Position numbers and translations under genes: made by a program. A DNA stretch of 32,892 nt from Miltoncostaeaceae bacterium (GTDB lineage: Bacteria > Actinomycetota > Thermoleophilia > Miltoncostaeales > Miltoncostaeaceae): NCBI GenBank assembly GCA_033856495.1, contig JAWVEW010000250.1, positions 1-32,892 of the forward strand, read 5' to 3'. Positions 32,154 to 32,892 of this stretch are shown piece after piece; position 1 is the first letter of the stretch; every line of letters starts with the position of its first letter. Below the pieces are notes generated by a model, which saw only the letters and a list, made by a program, of their open reading frames with translations, was not told where the DNA came from and did not search any database.

Positions 32154-32892
32154 ATGCTGACGGTGTCCGATGGCGACCAGCAGGGGTTCTTCGACGCGAG
32201 CTGGTCCGGGGACGTGGTCGACCCGGACTCCTTCTACGGTCTGCTGGCCGAGCACGGCCATCGCATCGTCCGCGACTGTGACTTCGCCCCCTGCTACTCG
32301 GAGCGCATGGGGCGGCCGTCCGTGCCGCCGGCCAAGCTGGCGCGGGTTTTGCTTCTGGCCTACCGCGAGGGGATCGGCGACGAGCAGGCGATGGAGCGGC
32401 TTCGCTACGACCTTGCGCTGGAAGGTGGCGGTGGGGGTGCCCTTCGACCACGCAGGCTGGCACCCGACCACGCTCGTGCGCTTCCGGGCGCGGCTGCTCT
32501 TGCACGGGATGGAGCGCCTGGCGCTCGAGCGCTCGGTCGAGTGTGCGCTCGAGCTCGGCGTCCTGGAGGGCCGGGCCGAGCAGATCCTTGACTCCACGCC
32601 CATGCTCGGCGCCGCCGCCACCCAGGACACGGTGCGGCTGGTGCGCTCGGGCGTCAGGAAGCTGATCGACGCGGTCGAGGGCGCAGATCCCCCAACGGCC
32701 GCGGCGCTGCGGCGCGGACTGGCCTTCGACTACGCCCGCCCGCGCGAGAAGCCCGACTGCGACTGGCGGCGCAAGGCCGCCCGGGAGCAGATGCTCACCG
32801 CGGTGGCCCAGGACGCCGAGCGTGCGCTTCGCGCCGTGGCGGCCGATCCGGCCCTGGCCGGGACGGCGCCGGTGGCCGAGGCCGCGCACCTT
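32154..32892 (+). mobile_element. IS transposase gene (IS5/IS1182-like with DUF772-type N-terminus), frameshifted near 32418 and truncated by the window end
   Basis: GGAGG lies 6 nt upstream of ATG 32154. Frame A: MLTVSDGDQQGFFD...FYGLLAEHGHRIVRDCDFAPCYSERMGRPSVPPAKLARVLLLAYREGIGDEQAMERLRYDLA. The +1 frame continues WKVAVGVPFDHAGWHPTTLVRFRARLLLHGMERLALERSVECALELGVLEGRAEQILDSTPMLGAAATQDTVRLVRSGVRKLIDAV... and stays open to the last base of the window. Confidence 0.75.

Noticed and set aside
30880-32892. Direct repeat of the tRNA-Arg 3' end (att site) or integrase marking a complete genomic island
   Set aside because: Scanning by eye, I found no copy of the tRNA 3' segment (ggttcgaatcctgccgcgcgcg) and no integrase-like ORF inside the window. 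The island hypothesis is kept only as context and not asserted.

Overview
By eye this is a very GC-rich, actinobacterial-type chromosomal segment (GC not computed). It is almost fully occupied by conserved housekeeping genes, mostly on the minus strand. Reading the minus strand from high to low coordinates, the order is as follows. (1) metallophosphoesterase, rnz, and a PyrR-controlled leader followed by pyrR-pyrB-pyrC-isochorismatase-like-Lin0512-like. (2) mihF-gmk-coaBC-TPR. (3) dtd and a small membrane protein. (4) The long translation/RNA-maturation operon rimP-nusA-ylxR-infB-DUF503-rbfA-nrnA-truB-ribF, followed by SnoaL-like and MBL/diiron-like genes. (5) rpsO-pnp-M16 peptidase-dapB. (6) An ABC ATPase plus FtsX-type permease that runs off the window start. 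Plus-strand genes are DUF1697, an MMPL transporter, a YbjN-like protein, tRNA-Arg(CCG), and a small accessory patch at the 3' end. That patch holds a frameshifted DUF2294-like gene, an RsbW-like ATP-binding protein, and a frameshifted IS transposase truncated by the window edge. Many long ORFs in the track are antisense or out-of-frame artefacts of high GC and were discarded. I do not see a convincing new multi-gene system. The best leads are: an unassigned, highly structured 160-nt element exactly filling the spacer between two convergent stop codons (22343-22504); a PyrR-binding leader with a 15-codon uORF that begins at the rnz stop codon; an isochorismatase-like/Lin0512-like pair translationally coupled to pyrC where carAB-pyrF normally sit; a gmk gene whose P-loop lies upstream of any canonical start codon; a hairpin plus U7 attenuator candidate in the rimP-nusA leader; an unusual NusA C-terminal extension (Cys3-His motif plus 21-bp tandem repeats); and a decaying tRNA-flanked islet with two frameshifts. 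All coordinates were derived by hand from the sequence and the ORF track. No database search was possible.
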